64,000 nucleotides of DNA from Lama guanicoe. Taxonomy: Eukaryota. The notes below the pieces were generated by a model, which made no database searches, was not told where the DNA came from, and worked only from the letters and a program-made list of their open reading frames with translations. Below, in pieces: positions 50,948 through 64,000 of the stretch. Where the stretch lies: assembly GCA_013239625.1 (NCBI GenBank), contig MU053561.1, positions 250,826 to 314,825 on the forward strand, written 5' to 3'. The first letter of the stretch is position 1. Each line of letters opens with the position of its first letter. The position numbers were made by a program, and so were the translations under genes.

Positions 50948-51588
50948 GTTTTGTGTTTTTTGTAGTTTTTTCTTGTTGTTGATTTCTAATCTCATAGTAC
51001 TGTAGTCAGAAAAGATGCTTGTTATGATTTCAGTTTTCTTTAGTTACCAAGGCTTGCTTTGTGGTCCAGCGAAGCATCTATCTTAGAGAATATTCCATGT
51101 GCACTTGAGAAGAATGTATTCTGCTGCTTTTCGATGGAAAGCTCTATAGATATCAGTTGAGTCCTTCTGGTCTAATGTGTAATTTAAGGCCTGTATTTCC
51201 TTATTGATTTTCTGTTTGGATGATCTGTCTGCTGATGAAAGTAGGGTGTTAAGGTCCCCCACTATTACTGTGTTACTGTCGATTTCTCCTTTTATGTCTG
51301 TTAACAGTTGCCTTATATATTGAGGTGCTCCTTTGTTGAGTGCATGTATATTTGCAATTGTTATATCTTCTTCTTGGATTGATCCCTTGATCATTATGTA
51401 GTGTCCTTCTTTGTCTCTTGCAATAGTCTGTTTTAAAATCCATTTTGTCTGATAGAAGTTTTACCACTACAGCTTTCTTTTGATTTCCATTTACATGGAC
51501 TACCTTTTTCCATCCCCTCACTTTCAGTCTGTATGTCTCTAGGTCTGAAGTGGGTCTCTTGTAGATGGCGTATATACAGGTTTTATAT
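50948..51588 (-). mobile_element. Internal L1 fragment (ORF2 endonuclease domain only)
   Basis: ORF 51083..51394(-) MIKGSIQEEDITIANIHALNKGAPQYIRQLL..VIVGDLNT is an APE-type L1 endonuclease. Homologous to ~35290-35900; flanked by TGGCCCCTAG direct repeats. Confidence 0.92.
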
Positions 51589-53089
51589 TGGCCCCTAGTT
51601 TTCAGAAGAAGTATTGCAAGAGAGGAGGGAACTCACTTTGTGATTAACAAAAAATGCAGCTGCCTGAATTCTGTCCCTGGATTCTTGTTAATTATGGATG
51701 GGATGGGTTGCTTATGCATATAGTTCTGGGTGGGTCCCTCGGATGTCCTCAACCCCTATTATGAGGGAAACAAGTTCCAGAAGAAAGGGAGAGTAAGGGT
51801 GAAAATGGGCAAGGCCATTCTTTTGAGAGAGCAATATGAACAACAAAACTTGTAAAAAGAGAACGTTTCTCTACCTCAGTAAAAGTAATATTAGCGTCTT
51901 CAAGAGTAGCAGTGTCAACATAAGTGGACATAGAAAAAGCAAGACCAGTATCAGGGAAGCCAAGTCAATCATCCTACAATACCGTGCTAACCTCCACAGA
52001 GAGTTAAGCAAAATTTAAGCAAAAATAACATTTATTTAGCAGACCTTTTGGTATATCTTCACCAACTTCGTTTTTTTTCCCTAGGGAAAGAAGGTAATCC
52101 AGCTTGTTCAGTAAATATTATTTTCACAAGATGGTAAATGAATATTAGAACACTTAGAAGGTTTACAGAATTACATCAGACATGCAGGACATATGATTAT
52201 CTTTTTATTCATGAGATTGCTTAGTGGATTAAGAAAAGAAAATTGAAGCCAAATTTCTTTTAATGGGGTGGTTGGGTGGGAGTTAATGGAAAATGTTTTA
52301 AAGTAGAAAGTATCTGACTATCTGTTTAAAGAGCATAATGTTACTGATTCAGCTAAAATATAATGGTTGTTTATAGAAATTATAGAAATCCTTGATAAGA
52401 GCACATTGACAGATGAGGATAACTACTTTTGAAGGTTAGTTCTGTACACAGCTCAACTGTTTTTTCTCACTGTTAGGAACCTAAGTACTCTATCAGTCTG
52501 TGATTAGATTGGGATGCCAGACAAGAATCTGTGTAATCTTGCATAAAACTCAATTATTGTTCCTAAATAATTGTTGTCAGATCTTAATAAAGCCCTCTCG
52601 CTACAGAGAGATAAGACGTTTCATTCTCTCCCTGTCCTACTGGGAGGTGTAAATATATAATTAAATTTGGCTGCCATTAATCACTTCCAAATTGTCTCAG
52701 GCTTTCAAATATAAAGCATTCCAAATCCCACTTTGATTAAAAATCATGGGCAACTCAAGTTCACTAGAATGTTGGGGGGTGGGTGAAGTTATGATCTGTA
52801 AAATTCACAAAATGTGCATTTTTAAGAACACATTTTTCATAAGTTATATAAAGCCCTTGACCACTCATTCTTAACATTTGGATGTGTTTACATCAACAAC
52901 TCTTTCTCTTGACTATGGGTATAATTTACTTCATGTTTATGGTAGTTTCTGTTATTTACTAGACATTGTGGATGATGCATTTTAAAGTTTATCTTCTACT
53001 AAAGGATGTTAATGGAAGATCACCTTGGTGCTGTGGAGGTTTGGATTTAGGCTCTGCTATCGTGGGTCTGTTTTGCTTTTAGTCTGATG

Positions 53090-53670
53090 GTATGTTTTAG
53101 TCTAGGGATATGGTCCTTACCCCCAAGGTACGACCCCAGCAGTGGGTTCAGTGGAAAGCGTGGGGTGTTTATCATGTACTGGAATATATCCCAAGCCCCT
53201 GTAATTTGGTAGGACTTGTATTCAAACCTCTGACTCCCCAGAAGCATGCTTAGCTTTTCAGCCTTCCAGCTCCTGCTTTCCCTTGTGTTCCTAAAGATCA
53301 TCTTGTTGTGAAGTTGTATAACATATTTTAGGTCTACCCTCTCTGTGATTCTGTCCTTTCCAGGATTTCTCCTCCTCAAATTCCAGTGGCTTTGACAGTT
53401 CCAGATAGCTTTGACTCCTTAGCTTAGTAAGACTTCCATTCTCTGCTTGCATTCTACTCCTTTTGTGCTTCATGAACTGGGGAATACCTTCAGGGAAAAA
53501 GGTGTATAAAAGTAGGTTTCTTGTATTTTTTTTTTCAGTTTGAGGCTTGTATCCTTTCTAGTTTCTGTCTGCTTTGATTGTTCTCTGGTACTTTTAATAT
53601 TTCATCTGGCGTTTTTAATAATTATGAGCAAGAGAGCTGGTCTGATAAAAGTTACTCTGCTATTATTTTT
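53090..53670 (-). mobile_element. Probable ancient L1 5'-end relic
   Basis: Resemblance from memory to old L1M 5' ends; highly diverged, with no diagnostic ORF. Confidence 0.35.
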
Positions 53671-56531
53671 AATAGTAAGAACTATAATTTTAAAGGAGTC
53701 TTTCAAAGTTTTCTGCATACCACTTAGGAGATAACTAGCACAGTGTTTGTTATATAGTGGAAGCTCACCATGCGTTACGTAGGCTCCTGTGGATGGGTGA
53801 TTGCATTTGAGAATCTCTACTTTTTGCCGAAGTGTGTAACTTGAAATCTTACTCGAAACTACATTTTAAAGTAAATTATTATAAATAGAAAGTGTTATAA
53901 AATATAACTTTGTGTCATATTTTACCTAAAATTTACCTTTTAGCTGTAAGAAAGATTAAACCTTAACAGGCAACAATTTTCCTTGCCAGGATTAGGGAGT
54001 GATGCTCGTCGTCCAGGCCCCCTAAAGCCATCCAAGAAGACTGGAGCCATTGCCTTTTCTGTCCTCTTGATAAGTTTCTGAATAGTCACAAGAGAATAGA
54101 GATACTCAGAATCTTCCAGAGCCTGGCTGGTTTATAGTAGAGGATGCCTTAGCAATGTTTGTGTATGGTGGTACTGCCCTAGAAAGGCATTTTCAGAAGT
54201 CATGGCTGACTCAGCGTTTTCCCCTTTCACTCATCTTGTTAGTGCATTCAGTGCTGTTCAGGGGCAGTGTCAAATCAAAGAAATGCACTGGGGAAAATAT
54301 CAACTGTTACATCGCTTTCTGTTTCTTCTCTGCTGAAACTTGTTCTGCCAGCAAGTTTCCTTCAAGATAAAGAATATTTTTAAGGCAATAGTTCAATCAA
54401 AATTAATGCAAAAACTCTGATAAAAAATCCAAATTTTTAAAATAAGAGGTCAGTACTGTTGATTTCTTTCTTTTGCCCCAGGCTCTTGTATGGTTCAGTC
54501 TGGCACTGGAGGGTGGATTAAGGCATCTGGAAGAGCCCTGCCTGGTGACATGGAGAGGACAGGTTTTTATACCAGATAGGTTTGAATTTGAGCCCTAATT
54601 CCTGTCAGTAATTGGATCTTTGGCCAGTTAAAGAATACTATACTAGTTAACATTTATTGAGCACTTATTACATAATAGAATCTATGCTCAGTTAAGTTCT
54701 TTATATGCATTATTTTAGTCCTCGTGTAAGATAAATAGTCTTAATATCCCTGTTTTACCAATGAGCATATGGAAAACTCAAAGAGGGTAAATAATTTGCC
54801 CAGGATCACATAACTTTTAAGTAGCTGACCTGAGATATGCTCTTTGTGATTGCTCTGAGTTTCAGTTTGCCTATCAGTAAAATGGGACAAAATGACTTAT
54901 TTTAAAGTGGTGGTTCAAACGGACCTTCTGAAAAGGAAATGTGGAACATTTGAAAGTGTACCAAAGGTGGCTTTGCAGATCAGGATTGTGATTAAAACTC
55001 TACTTTATATAGTTTCTGACTTTAAAGTAGAGACATAGGTAGGCCTAGGCAGCTGACATAATACTGGAATATTGAACTTGCTTGTAGCTACATGAGTGTA
55101 CATGGGCCAGGCCTGGCTAATGTGCTGCATTTCTGAGAACTGGCCTTGGACTGGAAATCTCAGTACAACTCATGCAGGTGAAATATTAGAAGAGGGCAGT
55201 GAAGGTGGGGATAGAGGATACTGTGTACTAAAATGCTCTTTAGTAGAGAAAACCAAACTTCAAAACTTGAAACTTTGTCCCTCTTTTTGCTAATGGAAGA
55301 TGAGCAAGTCCAGACAAGCTTTATGCAGCTGTGATGCAGGGACAGGTCCAATTCTCCAACTTCTGATGAATGATGCTGCCAGCACAGAAGTCACAGGTTG
55401 TTAAGTATAGTGCCTTGTACTTGCATAGTGAGTTTTGGATGTATGTCTGTGAGGCTTTCCTTTTTTAGGACTGGAGATCTCGACCCTTTAACAGTACCAT
55501 TCTTAAGCTATTCTTATTAACATTTATGTCCTTGAAAAATCCTTTAACAAATATGTCAAGTGTCCCTGAGGAATTTTTTCATAAAGGATGTCTTGATTAC
55601 CAGCTTCTTATCAATATATAACAACAGAGTTCCTATATTCTTTTTAACTAATCTTTATTCTTTAGGTTGGAAATTTTATAAACTTCAGTGTGAGATACAG
55701 AAGCAGGAGAAGGTGGTTCTTAAGCTTTGCCTGTATCCTTTTGCCTGTCTTGAATAACCGCCAGTAAGTTAAATCAACTAATTTTGGCTTGTAAACCTGG
55801 CACGAATAGATAGAAGTTTAGCTAGGCCTCTTTCAACACAGTCCCCAGGTTAACCATAATCCTAAGTAGAGTTTCTTTCTTACTGTTCCATTGTGGCATG
55901 TCAGCACTATTAATTTCATGTAGTAATTCTCTTATCCCCTTTCTTCTTGTGAATAAGCAGGATGAGAAATATTTCTTTTTTCGGGACTTGGAGTAACTTA
56001 ATTAAATCCTTCATTTAAAATTTTGGCTATCCATCCTTCATCAAGGCTAGCAAGATTGAGTACAAAGCGGTTGAGGGCATTGGAATGTGATAAAAAAAAG
56101 TAATTATCTAGAAATTTCCAAGCACTTTTTTTTTGTTAAGCTAGCATGAATGTGTGGGCGTGGTGGGGGTTTTTGTTAGGCCCTCTTCACAGCATCTTGT
56201 AGCTAGGAATTTTGTAGCTAGGAATAAAGTTTAATGTTTCCTCTGCCCCCGCCCTCCTGTGTGTGTGGTGTGTCTGTCTGTCTGTGGTGTGTATGTGTAT
56301 TATGTGAGTGTTTCATATTTGTCTTAGTTGAGGTTGACTTTACATCTTGATGTAAGGTAAATTACAGTTTCTCTGCTTCTTCCCAAAGTTCTCTATATCC
56401 TATTAATCCGTCATCAATAATCTTCACTAGCACTTCCTCCTCTGTGTTCAAATGTATTACCAACTCTTATAATGATGCCTTCAGCCTTCCCTTATTAATG
56501 CAGTTACCTTCTGTTTAAAATGTTCTTCTCC

Positions 56532-57344
56532 TGAAAAGGGAACTCTCCTATACTGTTGGTGGGAATGTTGTTTGGTGCAGCTGTTTTGGAAAACAGTATG
56601 GAGATTCCTCAAAAGACTAAAAATAGACTTACCGTATGATCCAGCAATCCCACTCGTGGGCATATATCCAGAGAGAACCTTAATTCAAAACGATACATGC
56701 ACCCCAATGATCATAGCAGCACTGTTTACAATAGCCAAGACATGGAAACAACCTAAATGTCCATCAACAGATGACTGGATAAAGAAGTTGTGGTGTATAT
56801 ATATATAAAGGAATATATATATAAAGGAATACTACTCAACCATAAAAAAGATTAAAACAATGCCATTTGCAGTGACCATGGATGGACCTGGAGAATGTCA
56901 TTCTAAGTGAAGTAAGCCAGAAAGAGAAAGAAAAATACCATATGATATCACTTATATGTGGAATCTATAAAATGCCACAAATGAACTTATTTACAAAATG
57001 GAAAGAGACTCACAGAAACAGAAAACAAACTTATGGTTACCAGGGAGGAAGGGAGTGGGAAAGGATAAACTGGGAGTTTGAATTTACAGATATTAACTAG
57101 TATATATAAAATAGATAAACAACAAGTTCATACTGTATAGCACAGGGAACTATAGTCAATATCTTATAGTAACTTATGGTGAAAAAGAATATGAATGTGA
57201 AAAGAAAGATTATGAAAGAACATATTTGTATGTTCATGTGTGACTGAAGCATTAAGATGTACATGAGAAATTGACATGACATTGTAAACTGACTGACTAT
57301 ACTTCAATTAAAAAAATATATATATATACACAAAAAGAAATAAA
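56532..57344 (+). mobile_element. 5'-truncated young L1 (ORF2 C-terminus + 3' UTR)
   Basis: ORFs 56572..56808 and 56882..57100 encode the L1 ORF2 C-terminus. 16-bp TSD TAAAATGTTC(T/C)TCTCC at 56516-56531 and 57345-57360. Confidence 0.95.
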
Positions 57345-57677
57345 TAAAATGTTCCTCTCCCAAATGAACTCCTACTTGGATTTTTATGAAAAGAGAGTGA
57401 AAACAAAGACCAATAAAGGCATCATTAAGTGACAGGTGGTATTACTCAGTAAACACATCCAACTGGAACAGTATATCCAGTTTTTTTCTTTACGGAAGTT
57501 TGAGGACAAGGTAGGTGATGATGAGAAAAGAACCTGATTATGCCTTATGTCAAATGGCAGCATGCAGGGTACTGAGTCTGTGTAGATTCAGGCCACTTTC
57601 CTGCAGTTTCTATATCTGTACTGTATCCTGAACACTACTTGAAAGTCAGATAGACTCTGAGGCACTTTAGGACTCTC

Positions 57678-58039
57678 TTTCTTAGTCAGCTCAGGCTGCT
57701 ATAAGAAACTACCAAGGGCCAGGTGGCTTAACCAATACACATTTATTTCACACAGTTCTGGAGGCTGAAGTCCAAGATCAAGGTGCTGGCTGGCTCAGTT
57801 CCCTGTGAGGACCTTCTTCCTGATTTGCAGGTGGCCGCCCTCTCACTATGTCCTCACATGGTGGGGAGAGAAAGCTCTAGTCTCCTTTTAAGGACACTAA
57901 TCCCATCGTGAGGACCCTACCCTCATGACTTCATCTACCTAATTATCTCCCAGAGGTCCCCCTTCCAAATAACATCACATTGGTTATTAGGGTTTCAACA
58001 TAAGAATTTTGAGGGGACACAAACACTCAGTCCATAGCA
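57678..58039 (-). mobile_element. MLT1A-like MaLR solo LTR
   Basis: Reverse complement begins TGCTATGGACTGAGTGTTTGTGTCCCCTCAAAATTCTTATGTTGAA; ~360 bp; CTCTT-like 5-bp flanks. Confidence 0.88.
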
Positions 58040-58260
58040 CTCTTCAAAGAAAAGTTTAATTTTCATCTTACTGGTATTTATTGAGCTGGTTACTCTGATT
58101 AAGCACTGGGCTGGATGTTGTGAATAGACATAGAGGCCCAAGAGGCCTGTGCTGTCTGACTTTCTTATTCACAAGTATCTATACCTCAGGATGGTCTGCT
58201 AATGAATGTTGCTTCTCCTGCATGAGATGTGGTGGCAGTCCTCTGATGTCTTGCTATCTT

Positions 58261-58413
58261 TTTTTTTTTTAATTAAATTAATTTTTTTTGTTGTTTTTTG
58301 GGGGGAAGGTAATTAGGTCTATTTATTTGTTTTTAGAGGAGGTGCTGGGGATTGAACCCAGGACCTTGTGCATGCTAAGCATGTGCTCTACCACTTGAGC
58401 TGTACCCTCCCCC
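58261..58413 (-). mobile_element. tRNA-derived SINE (Vic-1-like)
   Basis: Reverse complement reads GGGGGAGGGTACAGCTCAAGTGGTAGAGC...GGGTTCAATCCCCAGCACC plus tail. 14-bp TSD TGTCTTGC(T/C)ATCTT at 58247-58260 and 58414-58427. Confidence 0.92.
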
Positions 58414-61218
58414 TGTCTTGCCATCTTGTTGGGGAGATGAAGCATGCATGTGTGTGTAAAATAAGAGAGCCTGCAGGTGCCCAGAGTAGCGGCACAGGTG
58501 ATGACAACTATGCAGATTCAGACAAGGAAATGACTGCTATGGGACACAAGACTAAAACCAGAGGGTTTTTCTGTGGACCACTTATAATCTGAGAATAAAT
58601 TTAGAATATTGACTGTGTGCCTTAGCAGATGAATAGGTAGAAGGATGGAAGTAGAGAGACTGAGGGGGCTAGAAGGGCTATTATTATTACCTGGAATAAT
58701 CATTACCAATATCTTTATCATTTTTTTCTTAATGCCACCATTTAAAAACTTTTCTACATCTGGGTTGCTCTCTTCTTTCTGTACTTCAGTTTGTGTGAGG
58801 TTTTAGTAAACCAGTAGGTATATTAATCTGGTTTTACAATGACAGATAACTGATTTAAAAAATCATTCCTTTAGCACATGTTGGCCTGATGCTTGAAGAT
58901 AGACTGTCTCGTGGGGTGAAGGGGGTAGGAAGAGAGGGCAGCTGGGAGCAGTCATCTCTCCCCAACTCCAGACATTTTCAGCCTTGACTGTTGAGTCTTG
59001 TGCTGCTCCCAGAGCAGAGTGGCCAGGTAGGCTTGTGGATACCATTTACAGGGGAAACTCAGAATTCAAGAATCTCTGAGGCAAGAAAAAGAGTGGGTTG
59101 GGATAGGAGGAGAGATGAAAAAACAGACACTACAGACGGCATCAGTTTTCATAGACGGCATCACACGTTCTCTTAGCTGAGAATTCAGGTATCCCGACCT
59201 CAGATCCCTTCTGTCCAGCATATCATTGGCCTGATCCAGTTCATTTTAGAGTCCAGAGTAAGCAAGCATCTGTTAGGCAGATCTCTGGTTACCCCAAATT
59301 AGCTCATGTCCTCTACTACTTGTTTTCTCTGATTATATAGTACATATCCAAACCCTCAATTATCTAGCGTAAACCTATTCTGTGTGGAAAACATTTGACA
59401 GTGGTTGTGATCCTTTTGCTGAGATCATGGTAGCGCCTTAGCCCTTTAACCTCCTGTCTCTTTAAGATTTTGAAATGCTGGTTCTTATTGTGTAAGCCAG
59501 AGACATCTCCATGAAGAATTATTTTACTGGGCAGCTTGCCCCTTCTGAAACCTCACTCATCCTGAAAAGTACCTCAGGAACCTCTCTGACTTTAATTTTT
59601 CTGTCTTAGTTCTACTTGTATATAATATTTGTGGTGTCTGGTTCTCTGTCTCACATTGTTAAAACTCATGGCCTTGAATTTCTGGGTCACTCCTAAAACA
59701 TGGACAGAACTTGATTACTAATGAAAGTTGACTCATTTCCTTCCAGGCAAAGGCTGACCTTGACAATCAGAGTTCATAATTAATCTTCAGAGATGCAAAC
59801 TCTCTAATTATGGGACATCACCTATTCTTTCCTAAATTTTATAAGAATTAATGAGAACATTCTGAGCTGGGGAAGATAGACACACTGTTGAGAGGGTATG
59901 TAAAAATTGTATCTGGAAAAAGGTCCTACCTACATGAACTTAATTAAGTGGTTGACTTCCTGCAAGTTTAAATTTGGTACATCTCTTCCCAGACCACAGT
60001 TTTACATACACGAGGGTCATTTTTGGTCTTGTGTAACTTATCAGCAGATCAGATTCCATAAAGGGACTGCAGTGTCTACCACCATTCTGTGCTGAAGAAA
60101 ACAGGCTCTCATGTTGGCCAGATGTCTTGGGGAAGATGGTAAGGCCTTTTTTTCCCCTTTTAGGCTCAGAGTTCCTCTTTATTTTCCATATCTTGTTTAA
60201 AAATATTGCTCTTTCTCTTTTGCTTATTCTTTGCTTTCTTATGCTTCCTGTGAAGGGTTAGCTGAAAGTGTGAGTTATGCAACAGTTCATCTACACAAGC
60301 GTGTGTTGAACTGTCTGTGCACTTAGAAGGATGACAGGGAGCCCCTACTTGGAGTGGGTCGATGGTCAAGAAAGATACAACCACTGACCCCAAGCATTAC
60401 TGTCAGCAAGCATCATTACATTCTTGAGCAGTATTGCTGAGGGACTTCAAAAGTCGGAATTGTCATCATACTTAGGAGGTTGAAGGGATTTTGACGAGCA
60501 CCTTTCCCAGTCATCTTGTTTGGTATGTGAGGAGCCCAAGGCTTAATATGGCCAAGTGACTTAGCCTGCATTACATAACTGATTAGAAAGTAGACTGGGA
60601 CTAAAAGCTGTTTCTCACACCCCGTTAGGTGATCTAAAGATTCACACTGTTTCTTTTCATTCTTGGTGCTAACTTTCAAGGAACTGATGTTCAGGGTGAA
60701 TATACAGAGAGAAGAGGAGAAAAAAGAGGAAGAGAGAAAAGCATAATGAAAACCCCCCAACAATTTAGGGCTTTTATGAAGCAGTTTGAAAGACCAAGAA
60801 TTTTAACTCCAGCTATACATTTTTATTTTTTAACATTCCATGAGACAAAACAATGTGGGAATTCATTTGAGTTCCTCCTGTGGGGGTCTTTAATCCTCTT
60901 TAAGGATATTAAAATCCAAGGGGCAGTGGAACATACCTAATTCAGTCATACAATTTTAGAGTTAAGGGGAATATTAGAGATTATTTGGCCTAGCATCTTA
61001 ATACATGAGGAATCTGAGGCTCAGAGAGGTAAAGTGGCTTGTTCAGGATTAATATCCAGTGGCAGAGCCAGGGCTGATCTAGAGGAAGGGTCTGCGGGGA
61101 GCCACTGTATCAAAAAGATCTGGGAACAAGCTAAAGTCTTGGGTTAGATTTTTGTAAAACAATATCCTAATTATATTTTTATTCTTATTCATATAAAAAA
61201 CAAACTCATAACTACATA

Positions 61219-61265
61219 TCTGTCTGTCTGTCTGTCATTCTGTCTGTCTATCTATCTTTCTATCT
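61219..61265. repeat. (TCTG)n/(TCTA)n compound microsatellite
   Basis: Read directly. Confidence 0.85.
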
Positions 61266-61844
61266 GGAAGTATGGCCAAAGTACATCTCACCTATCACTC
61301 ACTGGACATGGGTTTTTTAAGCAGAATGGTGCAGGAGGATGTAGCCACATCAGGTGTGGCTTTGCCCTGATTTTGTTTAGTGAGTGGAATGCTTCTGAGG
61401 ATGCATTGATTTTCACTTTGTGTGAACTTGAGTGCATTACTTTCAAGATTCTTGTCTGATACTCAGTTTCTCTGATTTGGAAGGCCACAAATCATGGTAA
61501 TATCTAAGTTTCTTTTTAACCCTTTGGGCCATGGTCCTATATTTTAAGGGAAGTAGTGGTTTTTGTCTTGAGTCATCACATTAGGGTCATACACCATAAT
61601 TTTTTTCCATGATGTCCATTATTTTTATTATCTTTGGTTCTAATTATGCAGTGGTATGGCAATTAACAATGATGATCCTTTGACCACTGGATTGACTTTC
61701 TGAAATTAAAAATAGTTTATCTGTAACAAGTGCTGCTAAAGTGGCCTGACATCTAGAAAACAAAAGAAGTTACCTAAATCGTAAGCACATATTTTGAAAG
61801 TGTTTTTAGCCTACATATACTATAATGTTGTCCTGATCATAGAG

Positions 61845-62058
61845 CAGAGATCAGCAAAATTTTTCTTAAAGTGCCAGATGCTAAATGTTTTTGGCTTTGC
61901 TGGTCAAGAAGCATACTGAGGATATGATGTAGGTACTTACATGCCCCTTTAAAATGTAACCATTTGAAAAAGGTTAAAGCCAGTTTTAGCTCCTGGGCTG
62001 GAGGTACAAAAACACGTGGCCTGTGGATTTTGCCCAGAGCAATATTTGCTGACCTTTA
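61845..62058. mobile_element. MER58-like hAT MITE
   Basis: CAGAGATCAGCAAA ... TTTGCTGACCTTT inverted ends; interior GAGGATATGATGTAGGTACTTA...AAAATGTAACCATTT. Confidence 0.75.
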
Positions 62059-63000
62059 CCTTAGAGCATAATAGCCACTTGAAACGCTTCATGTCCTTCC
62101 AGGGTACATGATGTAGACTGGAAGAACCATTTTCTGTGGCAAGATTTTTTTTTTTAATATACAGAACAAATTCTCGAAGCAGATGTTGCTGAAGTAAGAA
62201 CAAAGAATTTTATCTGATCTTCTTGTATCCATTTTTGGTTGATGCCACTTTTCTAGTTGAGATGATCTATACTGGAGATCTGCACCAAAGCCGAGATCCT
62301 GTTAAATTAATGAGCGTCATCAATAATATAAATAAAAATATTATATTGTTTTCTTTCACAATAGCTGTTCTCGTATTGCCATGAAAGTAATAAATGTTGT
62401 GAGATATCATTGACTTTGTGAAAGTTATCCTTTGTGTGGAAAAGTTTTTTGGGTGATTATTGTGATGGTGATGATTTTAATAATTGTTTGTTCTCAAAAG
62501 CTTATAATCTAGAGGACAACAGATAAACAAACCAAATCCAGTCCCAGTTGTGTCACTGATGATAAAGCATGCTTCTAAGTACAGGCACCAGTAGGCTAAG
62601 ACTCTTCACATGCATTGTAGGCATCGTCCACATGATGGGGGTTTGTGGGTTTTGCTGTTTTTGTTAAAAGAAGGCAAGAGTGCATAAAATGATGATAGCC
62701 TTGGGGACTTTCAAAAGAAGTAATCTGTATGGTATCTGGATGTATGTTAGATAAATTTTCTCATTAGATCACCATTTAGCTTTGTAGGATTTTCACTTTG
62801 TCCCTATAGAAATATAGACTTTGATTTCATACAGTAGATCAGGTGTAGGTGAAGGAATTTCCAAAGCTGAGTTGAGTTTGAATGTATACTAACACAGGCA
62901 GCATTTATAGGAAGCTTTTCTATTTAATTCAACCAACATTTATGAGTGTCATGAGTGCCAAATACTAGGCTAAAAATTACTTTATTTGTATATGCTATCT

Positions 63001-63203
63001 CGGTGTTTCTCAAAATTTTTTTTATCACTATCACCTCTTGCCCAAAAGGAGCCGTTTTAGAGTTTTTTCACTAAACCCATGCAATTATAATACTATAGGT
63101 ATATTGTGTATCTGTTTAGCTGCTGTGGCCCTTTGGAAGGCCACAAACCATTGTAATATCTAAGTTTTTTTTTACCCCCCAAGAACCAGTGTTTTACCCC
63201 TTG
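63001..63203. mobile_element. hAT-Charlie-type MITE (family name uncertain)
   Basis: Starts CGGTGTTTCTCAA; interior GTGGCCCTTTGGAAGGCCACAAACCATTGTAATATCTAAG...CCCCCCAAGAACCA. Confidence 0.6.
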
Positions 63204-64000
63204 GTCCTGTCTCTTATGGGAAGTAGTGGTTTTCGTCTTGAAATAGCATTCAAGACACTGTTATTTATTTCCCATAAAGTCCACTCTTAATTATCTGTGA
63301 TTCTAATTAAGGCCATATAAGCAGGATTTTGTACTGTTTCAGTGAATTTTGAAATCATATTTTTCAATTATTGATTCAATGGTTTTGCATATGTGTACAT
63401 TTGATTATTAGTTTTTTTGGAGAATAGTTTATTCACAATCTACAAAGAAAGATTTTTTACCCTCTTAAAGTTTGAAGAAATTCAGACTTTTCTTCAGCCT
63501 ACTCTCACATTCAGGTTCGGTTTTATATGATTTGGGTATGATTATTTTTGAACTAGGAATCCTTTCTGATCAAACCATAAGCTTTTGGTACTTTCTGGTT
63601 TCAGATATTTCTTGGACTTCAGAACTTTACAGGTGGTTATCTCCTTATGTTGGAGAACAGAAAGCTAGCACCCGCACACAATTTTTTTCTCTGAAATTTT
63701 GTTACTTTTTACTGCTCAGTGTCTAAAGAATTTAGCAGTTCATGCCACTGAAGCCCTTTGTAGGAAGTTCTGTCATTCAGGATCCTGGTGGTTCATGTAA
63801 TGAATGTTTTATCAAAAATTAGTAAAAGATTAATAGACGTATAAAAGAAAATGCAGTCTGTGTATCTGTGTGTGTATGTGTGTGTATATATGTGTGTATG
63901 TAAGTTCATACTTTGGGGGGAAATATGATTTCAAAAATCTACTCCATATAGCTTGGCTGGCCCACTTTGATTCAGGGGAAAGTGAAGGTTAAGAAGTCTT

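Larger units (their letters stand above)
49132..64000 (+). other. NOTCH2: NOTCH2 intron 2 (partial, runs off window)
   Basis: Starts GTAAGC. No further EGF-repeat coding exon was recognised downstream in the window. Confidence 0.85.

Noticed and set aside
8076..61576. Scattered AP-1 (TGAGTCA/TGACTCA) and single GTGGGAA motifs
   Set aside because: The numbers noticed are near chance expectation for 7-mers in 64 kb.

Overview
Mammalian genomic DNA containing the 5' end of NOTCH2 on the + strand. The host is probably a camelid, inferred only from three Vic-1-like tRNA-derived SINEs. Visible gene structure: a CpG-island promoter (~2.5-3.7 kb), coding exon 1 (3046-3118, signal peptide), a 45.9-kb intron 1, exon 2 (49050-49131, start of EGF-like repeat 1) and ~15 kb of intron 2. 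Exon 3 was not seen. The rest is intronic or upstream sequence dense in transposon relics: a near-complete Tigger1 split by a ~5.3-kb L1, several young L1 3' fragments with target-site duplications (TSDs), an MLT1A solo LTR, MER5/MER58-type hAT elements, MIR and L2. I cannot support a wholly new multi-gene system here. The most notable observations are: (1) an intact ATG-initiated polyglycine uORF over the GGC repeat (counterpart of human NOTCH2NLC uN2C) that overlaps the NOTCH2 start and ends in exon 2; (2) a 16-nt templated replacement inside an L1 fragment, matching sequence 1,017 bp away; (3) an L1 with a probable 34-nt 3' transduction; (4) an internally primed, tail-less L1 fragment with a TSD; (5) a palindromic pair of RBPJ-like sites. 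Repeat family names are recalled from memory of consensus sequences, not from a search.
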